Assembly: GCA_963422645.2 (NCBI GenBank)
Contig: CAXXVO010000004.1
Span: forward strand, 602,539-666,538
Length of the DNA: 64,000 nucleotides
Direction: 5' to 3'
Source of the DNA: Alphaproteobacteria bacterium
GTDB taxonomy: Bacteria; Pseudomonadota; Alphaproteobacteria; UBA828
The first letter of the stretch is position 1. Each line of letters opens with the position of its first letter. Positions 45,838-55,298 of the stretch are shown one piece after another. The position numbers were made by a program, and so were the translations under genes. The notes below the pieces were generated by a model. It saw only the letters and a program-made list of their open reading frames with translations, ran no database searches and was not told the origin of the DNA.

Positions 45838-47670
45838 AACAAAATTGCGTCGGGATCACTGACCTTTCTCGCGAACACTGCGCAACTAACCATGACGATC
45901 CAGGTAAATACGATCGACGATACGGAAGGCGAGCCGCCCGAGACTTTCAAGGTGAGGCTGGTCAGCTCAAGCAATGGGGAGTTAAGCAACAGTAGTAGGG
46001 AGGGCACCGGGACCATCAACGATAAGGACGGCGGCAACGGTGGGAACGGAGGCGGCGACGGCAACGGAGGGAACGGAGGCGGCGACGGCAACGGAGGGAA
46101 CGGCGATAACGGCGGCGACGGCGACGGCAACGGTGGCGGTGACGGTGACGGAACAGACGGTAGCGGCGGCGGCGATGGCGGAACCGACGGGAATGGCGGT
46201 GGCTCCGGCGGCGGTGACGGTGACGGCGGCGGTACCGGGACACCGACGGATGGCGGGACGACCGAACAAGATGCGCAACGGCGCTTCGAGGCGGCCAACC
46301 AGACAGTCCTTCCGGGGCTCGGGAAGGCGCTGGCGTTCACCGCCGTGCGCTGCCGCATCGAGCAAGCGTTCTCCGATATGTCTCGCGGCTGGGCGAACCC
46401 GTCCATCAGCTCGGCGTTTGGGCCCGCACTGCCACCTCGAAATTACACACCGATCCCCAACGAGTGGGCCGATACGCACGGCGACTCGCTCACGCCGGAG
46501 CAAGTGCTCGGCAACACCTCGTTCCTGCTGCCCCTGATCGGAGGTGACGGCAGTACGCTTCGCTTCGCGACATGGGGTTGCGGCGACTACCGCAGTCTGG
46601 CCGGCGACGGCGGGGTTGATGCCGGGGCCTGGGACGGCGAGGCCTTCAGCATGCAGGTGGGGGCCGACGCGATCGTCGACGATAACCTGCTCGCCGGCGT
46701 GTCTCTCTCCCAGTCGCAGGGCTCGTTGGACTTCGACGGGGTGGCAAGCGGCAGCGGGCCGGCCGGCGGCGGCTACGATCTGCAGATGACCGGGGTCAAC
46801 CCTTACTTCGGGCTGTGGCTGTCGCCCGATATCGAAATCTGGGGGACCCTCGGTCTCGCCAGCGGAGAGCTCCAGGTTGCGGATGACGCCGCCGACTCTT
46901 CACAGACGAGCAAGGCGACGCTGGCCTCAGGTACGGTGGGCGTCAACGGGCGGCTATTGCAGCTTGGAGGGACGTCGCTTCGACTCAAGGGTGAGTTGGG
47001 CCTCGCGAACTTCGATGTTTCGAGCACGGCTGCGTTGCTCCGGGGCGCAGACCTGAACCTGCAGCGGTTGCGCGTTGCAGCTGAGATCGAGCACGAAGAG
47101 ATCGTCGAGAATGTCGGCGTGCTCGTCCCCTGGGGGGAGCTGGGTCTGCGCCACGACGGCGGCGATGGAGAGAACGGCTCCAGCGTGGAGCTCGGCGCCG
47201 GCCTGCACTTCCGAAATATTGAGCAGGGCTGGAACGCGGAGCTCTATGGCCGCTGGGTCCTGGCGCAGGACGATGCGCTGCCGGAAGAGCAGGGGTTCGG
47301 CCTGCGCTTCCGCTACAGCCCGGAGGCGCCCAACTTCGGCCCGTGGGTGAGCCTGTCGCAAACCTGGGGCGAGCCGGCGAGCGGCTTGCAGCAGCTGTGG
47401 GAGGACGGGCTGCGCGCCTCGGCTACGGACGACCCGCTGGCAGGGCGCCTGGACCTGGAGATTGGCTACGGCTTCCCGGCGTTCAGGGAACAGGGCGCGC
47501 TGGTACCCTTTGGCGCGTTGAGCTTGGGGAACGACGGTGAGCGGAGCTACAGAGTGGGCAGCCGCCTGGTGCTGGGATCGCTAGGCGTCCTGAGCCTCGA
47601 GGCGGAGCGCCGCGAATACGCCTCCACGCCGACCCACCACGCGGTCATGCTGCGGGGTATCCTCCGCTAC

Positions 47671-47748
47671 TAGAGCGTATCCGTTTCACACGGAGACGCT
47701 CTGAATTCTTTGTCGCTCACGGCAGCCGTCAAAGACGGACGCGCTCTA
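47671..47748 (+). repeat. Palindromic RIME/MITE-like repeat, copy C (internally deleted)
   Basis: TAGAGCGTATCCGT...TGTCGCTCACGGCAGCCGTCAAAGACGGACGCGCTCTA. Confidence 0.83.
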
Positions 47749-47859
47749 GCCCGGAATTCCCGCCAGAGGTCACGGCCTGCGCGTCGCCGGACACTCGGCG
47801 CTGCTTGCGCAGGCGCGCCGATCGGATAGGCTCGGGCCGCCACCCCAAGGGAGAGCCCG

Positions 47860-48378
47860 ATGAGCCAAGCCACCGCCTCCGTTACCCGCATCTCGGCGCC
47901 GAGCGCCCATCCCTTCTCGCCCCCCGATATCGTGCTTCAGACCGACCCGGAGGACGAGCGGATCTGGGTGCCGCTGAAGGAAGGCGTCTGGCTGCGCCCA
48001 CTGATGTACAACACCGTGCAGGGCGGCTGGTGCGAGGTGGTGAAGGTTAGGGGCGGCGGCTTCGTCTCGCGCCACCGGCACCCGGCGCCGGTCCACGGCC
48101 TCGTGCTCAAGGGCGCCTTCCGCTATCTGGAGCACGACTGGATCGCCGATCGGGGCACCTACATCTACGAGCCGCCGGGCGAGGTCCACACTCTCGTGGT
48201 CGATGACGACTGCCCCGAGATGCACTGCTTCTTCGCGATCTCCGGCTCGGTCAACTACGTGGACGAGGATGGCCGGGACGTCCGCGCCGAGGACGTCTTC
48301 CACCGCCTCGACCGCGCCCAGCAGCACTACGAGGAAGTCGGCCTCGGCGCCGACTACGTCAAGAACTTCGTGCGCTAG
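47860..48378 (+). CDS. Cupin, 2,4'-dihydroxyacetophenone dioxygenase / ChrR-like family
   Basis: RHRHPAPVHGLVLKG.FRYLEHDWIA..G.YIYEPPGEVHTL. Confidence 0.85.
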   Translation: MSQATASVTRISAPSAHPFSPPDIVLQTDPEDERIWVPLKEGVWLRPLMYNTVQGGWCEVVKVRGGGFVSRHRHPAPVHGLVLKGAFRYLEHDWIADRGTYIYEPPGEVHTLVVDDDCPEMHCFFAISGSVNYVDEDGRDVRAEDVFHRLDRAQQHYEEVGLGADYVKNFVR

Positions 48379-48442
48379 GCAATGCCGGCGATCGTGCGAC
48401 GGGAATCGGGTCCTTAGGCAGTCAAAGCGGGAGTGGATCACC

Positions 48443-48655
48443 ATGCGGGACGGGTTTACGGCTGTCGTGAAGCAATCCGGTCCCTGGTGGATCGGCTGGA
48501 TCGAGGAGATTCCCGGCGTCAATTGCCAGGAGCACACCAGGGAGGAACTGCTGGAAACGCTCCGGGTGACCCTGCGGGAAGCGCTGGAGCTCAATCGCCG
48601 CGAGGCCATCGAGGCCGCAGGGCAGGACTATGAGGAAGCCACCGTCGTCGTATGA
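48443..48655 (+). CDS. hicB: HicB family antitoxin (short form)
   Basis: FTAVVKQSGPWWIGWIEEIPGVNCQEHTREELLETL. Confidence 0.85.
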   Translation: MRDGFTAVVKQSGPWWIGWIEEIPGVNCQEHTREELLETLRVTLREALELNRREAIEAAGQDYEEATVVV

Positions 48656-48840
48656 AACGACGCAAGCTCCTGCGGCACCTGCGCAAGCATGGTTGCGCGC
48701 TGCTGCGTGAGGGCGGGCGGCATTCCTGGTGGAACAACCCTGCGTCGAACAGGCGGTCGGCTGTTCCGCGTCACGCGGAGATCGACGACCGCCTGGCGCG
48801 CAAGATCTGCAAGGACCTCGACGTTCCCTTTGTTGAATGA
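48652..48840 (+). CDS. hicA: HicA family toxin
   Basis: MKRRKLLRHL..HGC.LLREGGRHSWW.NP....SAVPRH.EI; ATGA overlap with hicB. Confidence 0.9.
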   Translation: MKRRKLLRHLRKHGCALLREGGRHSWWNNPASNRRSAVPRHAEIDDRLARKICKDLDVPFVE

Positions 48841-48959
48841 TCGAACGAGCCGGGGCCCAGGCGAGCGGGGCACTGGGGGCCCGCACGTCAAACTACCGTG
48901 CATGGGCGTGCCTGCGGCTCCTATAATGGCGCGCCGGTGAGCGAGGGGGAGCAGCCACC

Positions 48960-49838
48960 ATGTATCCAGCACCGATTGACGAGTACGTGCGGCCGGCGAC
49001 GGTCGCGGATGCGCTCGCCGCACTCGGCCGCTACGACGAAGGCGACGCGGTCTTCGTGGCTGGCGGCCAGAGCCTCATGCAGGCTGTCAAGGCGCGCCTC
49101 GTGCGCCCGCGCTGCCTGATCGACCTTCAGGCGGTGGACGGGCTTTCCGGCATCGATGTCGGCGCGGACGGGGTCCGCATCGGGCCCATGACGCGTTATG
49201 CAGAGATTGCCCGCGACGAGCGGCTCAGCGGTGCCTACGGCGCGCTCCGCGACGCGGCAGAGCGTGTCGGCGATCGGCAGGTCCGCAACCGGGGCACCAT
49301 CGGCGGAAGCCTTTGCTGGAACTATGTCGCCGCCTGCACGCCGCCCACGGCGATCGGGCTGGGCGCTGAGCTGGAGCTGAAGGCGGCCGACGGCGCCACG
49401 CGCACCCTGGCTGCGGAGGACTTCATCGGCGGCCCCCTGGAGACGGCGCGGGAGGACAACGAGATCCTCACCGCCATCACCATCCCGGCTGCGTCGGGTA
49501 ATGCCGGCAGCGCGTACAAGAAGTGGGGCCTGGTGACCGACGCGCTGCCGGTAATCGGCGTTTGCGTCGCGCTGGAGGTGGCGGACGGGCGCTGCACCAG
49601 CGCGCGCGTCGCGGTCGGCGGCCTCGCGACCGGCCCCACGCGCTCGGGCGCCGCCGAGGAGGCGCTGGCCGGCGTCGCCGCCGGCGATGCCGACGGCATC
49701 GCGGCCGCACTCGACAAGGCCGCAGACGAGATCGAGACCCAGGAGGACCTCTGGGCCGACAGCGACTATCGCAAGCAGCTCATCCGCTCGCTCGGCGCCG
49801 AGGTCACGGCCACGGCGTTTGCGCGAGCGGCCGGCTAA
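48960..49838 (+). CDS. Molybdenum hydroxylase FAD subunit (CoxM/CutM-like)
   Basis: AGGQSL, QVRNRGTIGGSL. Confidence 0.92.
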   Translation: MYPAPIDEYVRPATVADALAALGRYDEGDAVFVAGGQSLMQAVKARLVRPRCLIDLQAVDGLSGIDVGADGVRIGPMTRYAEIARDERLSGAYGALRDAAERVGDRQVRNRGTIGGSLCWNYVAACTPPTAIGLGAELELKAADGATRTLAAEDFIGGPLETAREDNEILTAITIPAASGNAGSAYKKWGLVTDALPVIGVCVALEVADGRCTSARVAVGGLATGPTRSGAAEEALAGVAAGDADGIAAALDKAADEIETQEDLWADSDYRKQLIRSLGAEVTATAFARAAG

Positions 49839-49860
49839 GGGCGGAAAAGGAGGCCCGGCA

Positions 49861-50334
49861 ATGAGCACGACCACGATCACGGTGACGATCAACGGCGAGG
49901 TCTTCGAGGAGACCGTGCCGGTCCGCATGCTGCTGGTCGACTTCATCCGCGAGCGCGCGGTGCTCACCGGCACCCACATCGGCTGCACCTACGAGGGCGT
50001 CTGCGGCGCCTGCACGGTTCAGCTCGATGGCGAGGCGGTGAAGTCCTGCCTAATGGTGGCCGCCCAGGCCGACGGGCACGAGATCACCACCGTCGAGGGC
50101 CTGGCCCAGCGCGGCGAGCTCTCGCCCCTGCAGCGGGCCTTCAACGAGCAGCACGCCCTGCAGTGCGGCTTCTGCACGCCGGGCATCCTGATGAACATGG
50201 AAGAATTCCTGCGCGAGAACCCGGACCCGACGGATGACGAGATTCGCCGCGGGCTGGTGGGCAATCTCTGCCGCTGCACCGGGTATGCGCACATCGTCGA
50301 TGCGGTCCGCCAGGCCGCGAAAGAGACCAGGTGA
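49861..50334 (+). CDS. Molybdenum hydroxylase 2Fe-2S subunit (CoxS-like)
   Basis: GCTYEGVCGACTV, QCGFCTPG, NLCRCTGY. Confidence 0.94.
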   Translation: MSTTTITVTINGEVFEETVPVRMLLVDFIRERAVLTGTHIGCTYEGVCGACTVQLDGEAVKSCLMVAAQADGHEITTVEGLAQRGELSPLQRAFNEQHALQCGFCTPGILMNMEEFLRENPDPTDDEIRRGLVGNLCRCTGYAHIVDAVRQAAKETR

Positions 50335-52748
50335 CGGAGGCGACGCGGATGACCGGGACAAGCGAAGGCTGGGTCGGCAGACACTTCCACCGCAAGGAAG
50401 ACCATCGCCTCATCACGGGGAAGGGCCGGTTCCTGGCCGATCTCGCGAAGCCGGGCGCACTCCACATCGTGTTCAGGCGCAGCGACCACGCGCATGCCAT
50501 GATCGAAAGCATCGACGTGAGCGCGGCCAAGGCGATGCCAGGCGTCATCGCGGTGGTCACCGGCGACGACATCAAGGACGAGATCCTGCCGATGCCGCAG
50601 CCGGTGGTGCAGCCGGCGCTGCCCGCCACCTATCCCAAGCACTGGCCGCTCGCGGTCGGCAGGGTGAAGTGGCACGGCGAGCCGGTGGCGGCGGTGATCG
50701 CCCGCGACCCCTACATTGCCGCGGACGCGGCCGAGGCCATCGAGGTCGAGTACGACCCGCTCCCCTATGTCGGCGATCCGGAGAGTGCACTCGCAGACGG
50801 TGCCACCATCGTCCACGAGGGCTGGCCCGACAACATCATCTTCCAGATGGATTTCACCGGCGGCGCCGACGAGGAGAGCCAGAGGGCGCACGAGGCCAAG
50901 GTCCAGGAGGTCTTCGACAGCGCCGATATCGTGATCAAGCAGCGCTTCACCTGCCACCGCTGCGGCGTGACGCCGATGGAGACCAGAGGCGCGCTCTTCG
51001 AGTGGGACGAGTCCGACGGCCTGACCGGCTGGCTCACCACCCAGCGCCCGCACATCGATCGTCTTGCGCTCTCGGACATTCTCGATATCCCGGCGGAAAA
51101 GGTCCGCATCATCGCCCCGCGCGACCAGGGCGGCGGCTTCGGCGTCAAGGCGCCCTTCTACCGCGAACCCATTCTGATCGCTTACATGGCGAAGAAGCTC
51201 GGCCGCCCGATCCGCTGGATCGAGACCCGCCAGGAGCACCTGATGGCGGTGAGCCAGGAGCGCGACCAGATTCACGATCTCGAAGTCGCTGCGGCGAGCG
51301 ACGGCAAGCTGCTTGCGATCCGCGATCGCGGCCTCGCCGATTGCGGTGATGGCTGCGAGGGGGTCTACTGGGGCTTCCTGATGCCCTTCCTCGGCGCGGT
51401 CGAGCTGCCCAACGCCTACGACTGGCCGATCGGCGACATCAAGGTAAAGGTCGCCATCACCAACAAGTCCGCGCTCTCGCCGGCCCGCGCCTTCGGCGAG
51501 CTGCCCACCCGCTTCGCCATGGAGCGCGCCATCGACATGGTGGCCAAGCGCTGCGGCATGGAGCCGGCGGACATGCGCCGCAAGAACCTGGTCGCCTCGC
51601 TCCCCTACACCTCGATCACCAACGAGTATTTCGACAGCGGTGACTTCATCAAGGTGTGGGACAACCTGATGGCGGAGGCCGATCTTCCCGCTTTCCGCGC
51701 GCGTCAGGCTGAGGCGCGGGCCGAGGGCCGCTATCTCGGCATCGGCTTCGGCCTCGGCGTCGAGCTTTCGGGCGTCGCCTCCGAGCTCTTCGTGCCGATG
51801 GAGAACCAGCCGGGCTACGGTGCGGCGACCGTGCGGCTGGACCCGCGCGGCAAGGTGCTGGTCTTCGAGGGCGACGCGCCCGGCGGGCAGGGGCATGAGA
51901 CCACGGTGGCCCAGGCCGTCGCCCAGAGCTTCGGCATCCATCCCAACGACGTGGTGGTGACCACGGGGGATACGGGCACGACGCCCTTCGGTTCCGGCAC
52001 TGTTGGCGCCCGCGCCGGCTCCTACTTCGTCAGCGCTGCGGTCCAGGCCTGCGATTTCCTGAAGGACAAGATCGGGCGCATCATGGCCCACGACCTGGCC
52101 CTTGGAGATACGACGCCGGCCGACTTCTCCTTCGAGGACGGCTTCGTGACCTACCAGAAGGACACGAATATCAAGAAGACCTTCCGCGAGGCGGTGGAGC
52201 GCATCATCATGGCGCCGATCAATCTGCCGGAAGGCGAATCCGGGGGCCTCGAGCACACCGCCTTCTTCGAGGCCGAGAAGCCGATGATCGCCTTCAACGC
52301 CGATGTCTGCACGGTCGAGGTCGATATCGAGACCGGCCAGTTCAAGATCCTGACCTGGACCACCTCGGAGGACGTGGGGCAGATCATCAACCCCCAGATC
52401 GTCGAGGGGCAGATGCAGGGCGCCATCGTCCAGGGGCTGTCGAACACCATGTTCGAGGAGTTCGTCTACGACGAGAACGGCCAGCAGCTCACCGCCGACT
52501 TCGAGAACTACAAGCTTGCGACGGCGGCGGACGTGCCGGACATCAAGGTGACCCATGCGCCGACGCCCTGCCCCTACACGCCGCTCGGCAGTCGGGGCAT
52601 CGGCGAGGGGCGGCCCTCGGACGTGCCGGGGACGCTCTGCAACGCGATCTGCGACGCGCTCGGTCCCTTCGACATCGAGATCACCGACCTTCCGCTGAGG
52701 CCGGATTCGCTCTGGCGCAAGATCCAGGCGGCACGCGGGGCTTCCTGA
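50331..52748 (+). CDS. Xanthine dehydrogenase-family molybdopterin subunit
   Basis: GGGFGVK, GQGHETT, GSRGIGE; active-site loop PARAFG. Confidence 0.93.
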   Translation: MTEATRMTGTSEGWVGRHFHRKEDHRLITGKGRFLADLAKPGALHIVFRRSDHAHAMIESIDVSAAKAMPGVIAVVTGDDIKDEILPMPQPVVQPALPATYPKHWPLAVGRVKWHGEPVAAVIARDPYIAADAAEAIEVEYDPLPYVGDPESALADGATIVHEGWPDNIIFQMDFTGGADEESQRAHEAKVQEVFDSADIVIKQRFTCHRCGVTPMETRGALFEWDESDGLTGWLTTQRPHIDRLALSDILDIPAEKVRIIAPRDQGGGFGVKAPFYREPILIAYMAKKLGRPIRWIETRQEHLMAVSQERDQIHDLEVAAASDGKLLAIRDRGLADCGDGCEGVYWGFLMPFLGAVELPNAYDWPIGDIKVKVAITNKSALSPARAFGELPTRFAMERAIDMVAKRCGMEPADMRRKNLVASLPYTSITNEYFDSGDFIKVWDNLMAEADLPAFRARQAEARAEGRYLGIGFGLGVELSGVASELFVPMENQPGYGAATVRLDPRGKVLVFEGDAPGGQGHETTVAQAVAQSFGIHPNDVVVTTGDTGTTPFGSGTVGARAGSYFVSAAVQACDFLKDKIGRIMAHDLALGDTTPADFSFEDGFVTYQKDTNIKKTFREAVERIIMAPINLPEGESGGLEHTAFFEAEKPMIAFNADVCTVEVDIETGQFKILTWTTSEDVGQIINPQIVEGQMQGAIVQGLSNTMFEEFVYDENGQQLTADFENYKLATAADVPDIKVTHAPTPCPYTPLGSRGIGEGRPSDVPGTLCNAICDALGPFDIEITDLPLRPDSLWRKIQAARGAS

Positions 52749-52783
52749 ACCGGACTCCCGCCATGCCACACCGGTAGGGGGCG

Positions 52784-54130
52784 ATGGCGGCGAAGAGCGT
52801 GCGCATCGGCTCCGGCGCGGGCTTCGCCGGCGACCGCTGGGAGCCGGCGGTCGAGCTGGTCGAAGAGGGCGGCCTCGACTACATCGCCTTCGAGTGCCTG
52901 GCCGAGCGCACCATCGCGCGCGAGACGCTCGCGCTGAGGCGGGGGCAGGGGAGCGGCTACAACCCCCAGCTTGAGGAGCGCATGCGCGCGGTGTTGCCGG
53001 CAGCCGCCGCGCAGGACGTGCGGGTACTCAGCAACATGGGCGCCGCCGACCCGCTGGCGGCGGGCCGCAAGACCTCGGAAATCGCGGCCGAGCTCGGGCT
53101 CGCCGACCGGCGCTGCGCCGTGCTGCGGGGTGACGACGTGCAGGAGACCGTCGCCGCCCGCCCGGGCCTCTCCCTGATGGAAACCGGCGCGCCGCTGGAG
53201 AGCATCCTGCCGCGCATGGCGTCCGCGAACGCCTATCTCGGCGCGGACGCGGTGGCGGCTGCGCTCTCGACCGGTGCGCCGGTGGTAGTGACCGGCCGGG
53301 TCGCCGACCCCTCGCTCTTCGTCGGCCCCATCGTCCACGCCCTCGGCTGGGGCTACGACGACTGCGTCCGCCTTGCCCAGGCCACGGCGGCGGGCCATCT
53401 GCTGGAGTGCGCGGGCCAGGTGACCGGCGGCTACTTCGCCGACCCCGGCGTCAAGGACGTGCCCGGCCTGGCCCGCCTCGGCTTCCCCTTCGCCGACGTG
53501 ACCGATGCGGGCGCCGTGACCATCGGCAAGTGCGACGGCTCAGGCGGGCGCATCGACGCCGCCACCTGCACCGAGCAGCTCCTCTACGAGGTCGACGATC
53601 CTGCGGCCTACGTCACACCCGACTGCGTGCTCGACATGACCGGCATCGCCTTCCGCGAGGTTGGGCCCGACCGGGTGGTGCTCGGCGGCGCACGAGCACA
53701 CCCGCGCACCGATACCTACAAGGTGAGCATCGGCTATTTCGACGGTTACCTGGGCGAGGGGCAGCTTTCCTACGGCGGGCCCAACGCAGTCGCACGTGCC
53801 CGGCTCGCCGGCGAGATCGTGGCGGAGAGGCTGCGCCTGCGCGGCTTCGCCTACGACGCGCTCGATGCCCGCCTGATCGGGATCGACAGCCTGCACGGGC
53901 CGGGCGCGGGCCGGCCCGAGCCCTACGAGGTCAGGCTCCGCGTCACCGGCCGCACGCAGGATGAGAAGGCGGCTCAAGCGGTGGGCTTCGAGGTCGCGGC
54001 GCTCTACACCAACGGGCCGGCGGGCGGGGCAGGGGACGCGGTGAGCGTGCGCGAGATCCTCGCCGTGCAGTCGGTGCTGCTGCCGCGCGATCTGGTCATG
54101 CCCCGCGTCGAGGTGGTGGACGCCGGCTGA
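52784..54130 (+). CDS. AtuA family (DUF1446) protein
   Basis: RIGSGAGFAGDR, FECLAERT, NAYLGA, TGRVADP, GHLLEC.GQVTGG. Confidence 0.9.
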   Translation: MAAKSVRIGSGAGFAGDRWEPAVELVEEGGLDYIAFECLAERTIARETLALRRGQGSGYNPQLEERMRAVLPAAAAQDVRVLSNMGAADPLAAGRKTSEIAAELGLADRRCAVLRGDDVQETVAARPGLSLMETGAPLESILPRMASANAYLGADAVAAALSTGAPVVVTGRVADPSLFVGPIVHALGWGYDDCVRLAQATAAGHLLECAGQVTGGYFADPGVKDVPGLARLGFPFADVTDAGAVTIGKCDGSGGRIDAATCTEQLLYEVDDPAAYVTPDCVLDMTGIAFREVGPDRVVLGGARAHPRTDTYKVSIGYFDGYLGEGQLSYGGPNAVARARLAGEIVAERLRLRGFAYDALDARLIGIDSLHGPGAGRPEPYEVRLRVTGRTQDEKAAQAVGFEVAALYTNGPAGGAGDAVSVREILAVQSVLLPRDLVMPRVEVVDAG

Positions 54131-54453
54131 TGCTCACCGTGCGCGATCTCGCCCACGCCCGCGCCGGCGACAAGGGACACAGCGTCAACGTCTCGGTCAT
54201 CGCCTACGACGAGGCGGGCTACGAGCGGCTCAAGCGGGAGCTGACCGAGGCGCGGGTGGCGGCAGCCTTCGCGCCGCTAGCCGACGGCCCCGTGCGCCGC
54301 TACGCCCTGCCGGGGCTCGGGGCCTTCAACTTCGTCATCGAGCGGGTGCAGGGCGGCGGCGTCACCGCGACCGGCGCGCTCGACATCCACGGCAAGAGCC
54401 TGTCCTCGCTCATGCTCACGATCCCGCTGCCCGGCAACGAGCCGGAGGATTAG
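54130..54453 (+). CDS. AtuA-related small ferredoxin-fold protein
   Basis: LAHARAGDKG, RYALPGLGAFNFV, DIHGKSLS. Confidence 0.85.
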   Translation: MLTVRDLAHARAGDKGHSVNVSVIAYDEAGYERLKRELTEARVAAAFAPLADGPVRRYALPGLGAFNFVIERVQGGGVTATGALDIHGKSLSSLMLTIPLPGNEPED

Positions 54454-54462
54454 TCGAGGCGT

Positions 54463-54906
54463 TCAGGCCGCCGTATCGATCCAGATCGTGACCGGGCCGT
54501 TGTTGACGAGGTGGACCTGCATCTCGTGGCCGAAGTGCCCGGTCTGGACCGGTACCCCGTGCTCGGCGAGGGAGGCGGTGAAGAGCTCGTAGAGCCTCCG
54601 GCCCTCGTCCGGCGGAGCGGCGTAGGAGAAGCCCGGCCGGTTGCCGCGGCTCGTGTCGGCGGCGAGCGTGAACTGGCTCACCACGAGGGCGCTGCCTTCG
54701 CTCGCCAGCACCGAGAGGTTCATCTTGCCGGGCTCGCTCTCGAAGATGCGCAGGTTGGCGACTTTGCGTGCGAGGAACTGCGCCTGCTCGTCGCCGTCGC
54801 CCTGCATCGCGCAGACCAGAACCAGCATGCCGTTACCGATCTTGCCGACGGTCTCGCCGGCGATATCGACGCGGGCCTCGGAGACCCGCTGGATCAGCGC
54901 CCTCAT
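54463..54906 (-). CDS. dtd: D-aminoacyl-tRNA deacylase
   Basis: [23 protein letters not shown]. Confidence 0.96.
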   Translation of the reverse strand: MRALIQRVSEARVDIAGETVGKIGNGMLVLVCAMQGDGDEQAQFLARKVANLRIFESEPGKMNLSVLASEGSALVVSQFTLAADTSRGNRPGFSYAAPPDEGRRLYELFTASLAEHGVPVQTGHFGHEMQVHLVNNGPVTIWIDTAA

Positions 54907-55196
54907 GAGCCGAGCGGCGCGTAGTAGGTGCGCACGGGTGCTCCGGCGAGCAGCGCCAGGAAGTCGTCCAGCGCGCCCGCCTCCTCGAGGGCGGCGAGGC
55001 TCGCCTTGTGCGCCTCCACCGAGGTCCATTCCTCGATGATGATCAGCTCGTCCGGCGCGACGGCATCCACCACGAGCTCGACGCGGGAGCAGCCCTCCAA
55101 GCCGGGGTTCTCGCCCACGAAGGGGGCGAGCATCTCGACCACCTCCTGTCCCTTCCCGGGCTTCGCGGTCGCGCGCACCAACACCAGCACGCTCAT
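54903..55196 (-). CDS. ABM (antibiotic biosynthesis monooxygenase-like) domain protein
   Basis: AKPGKG...GC...[13 protein letters not shown]; ATGA overlap with dtd. Confidence 0.8.
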   Translation of the reverse strand: MSVLVLVRATAKPGKGQEVVEMLAPFVGENPGLEGCSRVELVVDAVAPDELIIIEEWTSVEAHKASLAALEEAGALDDFLALLAGAPVRTYYAPLGS

Positions 55197-55298
55197 CGTC
55201 CTCTCCCTCGCACAAAGGGCGGGCGCCGGGACGCCGGGGCAGTGCGCCCCGGCCCCACGACGCGGCTATATGGCTATATAGAGCGCCGGTTCAACACG

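Larger units (their letters stand above)
42207..47673 (+). pseudogene. Calx-beta repeat autotransporter-like adhesin (~1190 aa restored), interrupted by IS66
   Basis: Signal peptide, repeated LSIAD..V.EG...GTITDDD units, Gly-rich linker, C-terminal beta-barrel ending LRY; removing IS66 gives in-frame DYNKIASGSLTF. Confidence 0.88.

Noticed and set aside
44947-47673. 908-aa ORF as an independent gene
   Set aside because: The first ~300 codons are antisense IS66; the rest is the split autotransporter
50331-52748. Aerobic CO dehydrogenase (coxMSL order)
   Set aside because: Lacks the AYxCSFR motif, and no coxDEFG accessory genes are adjacent
55233-55253. Intrinsic terminator after the SBP gene
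   Set aside because: 8-bp GC stem is present but there is no U-tract on either strand
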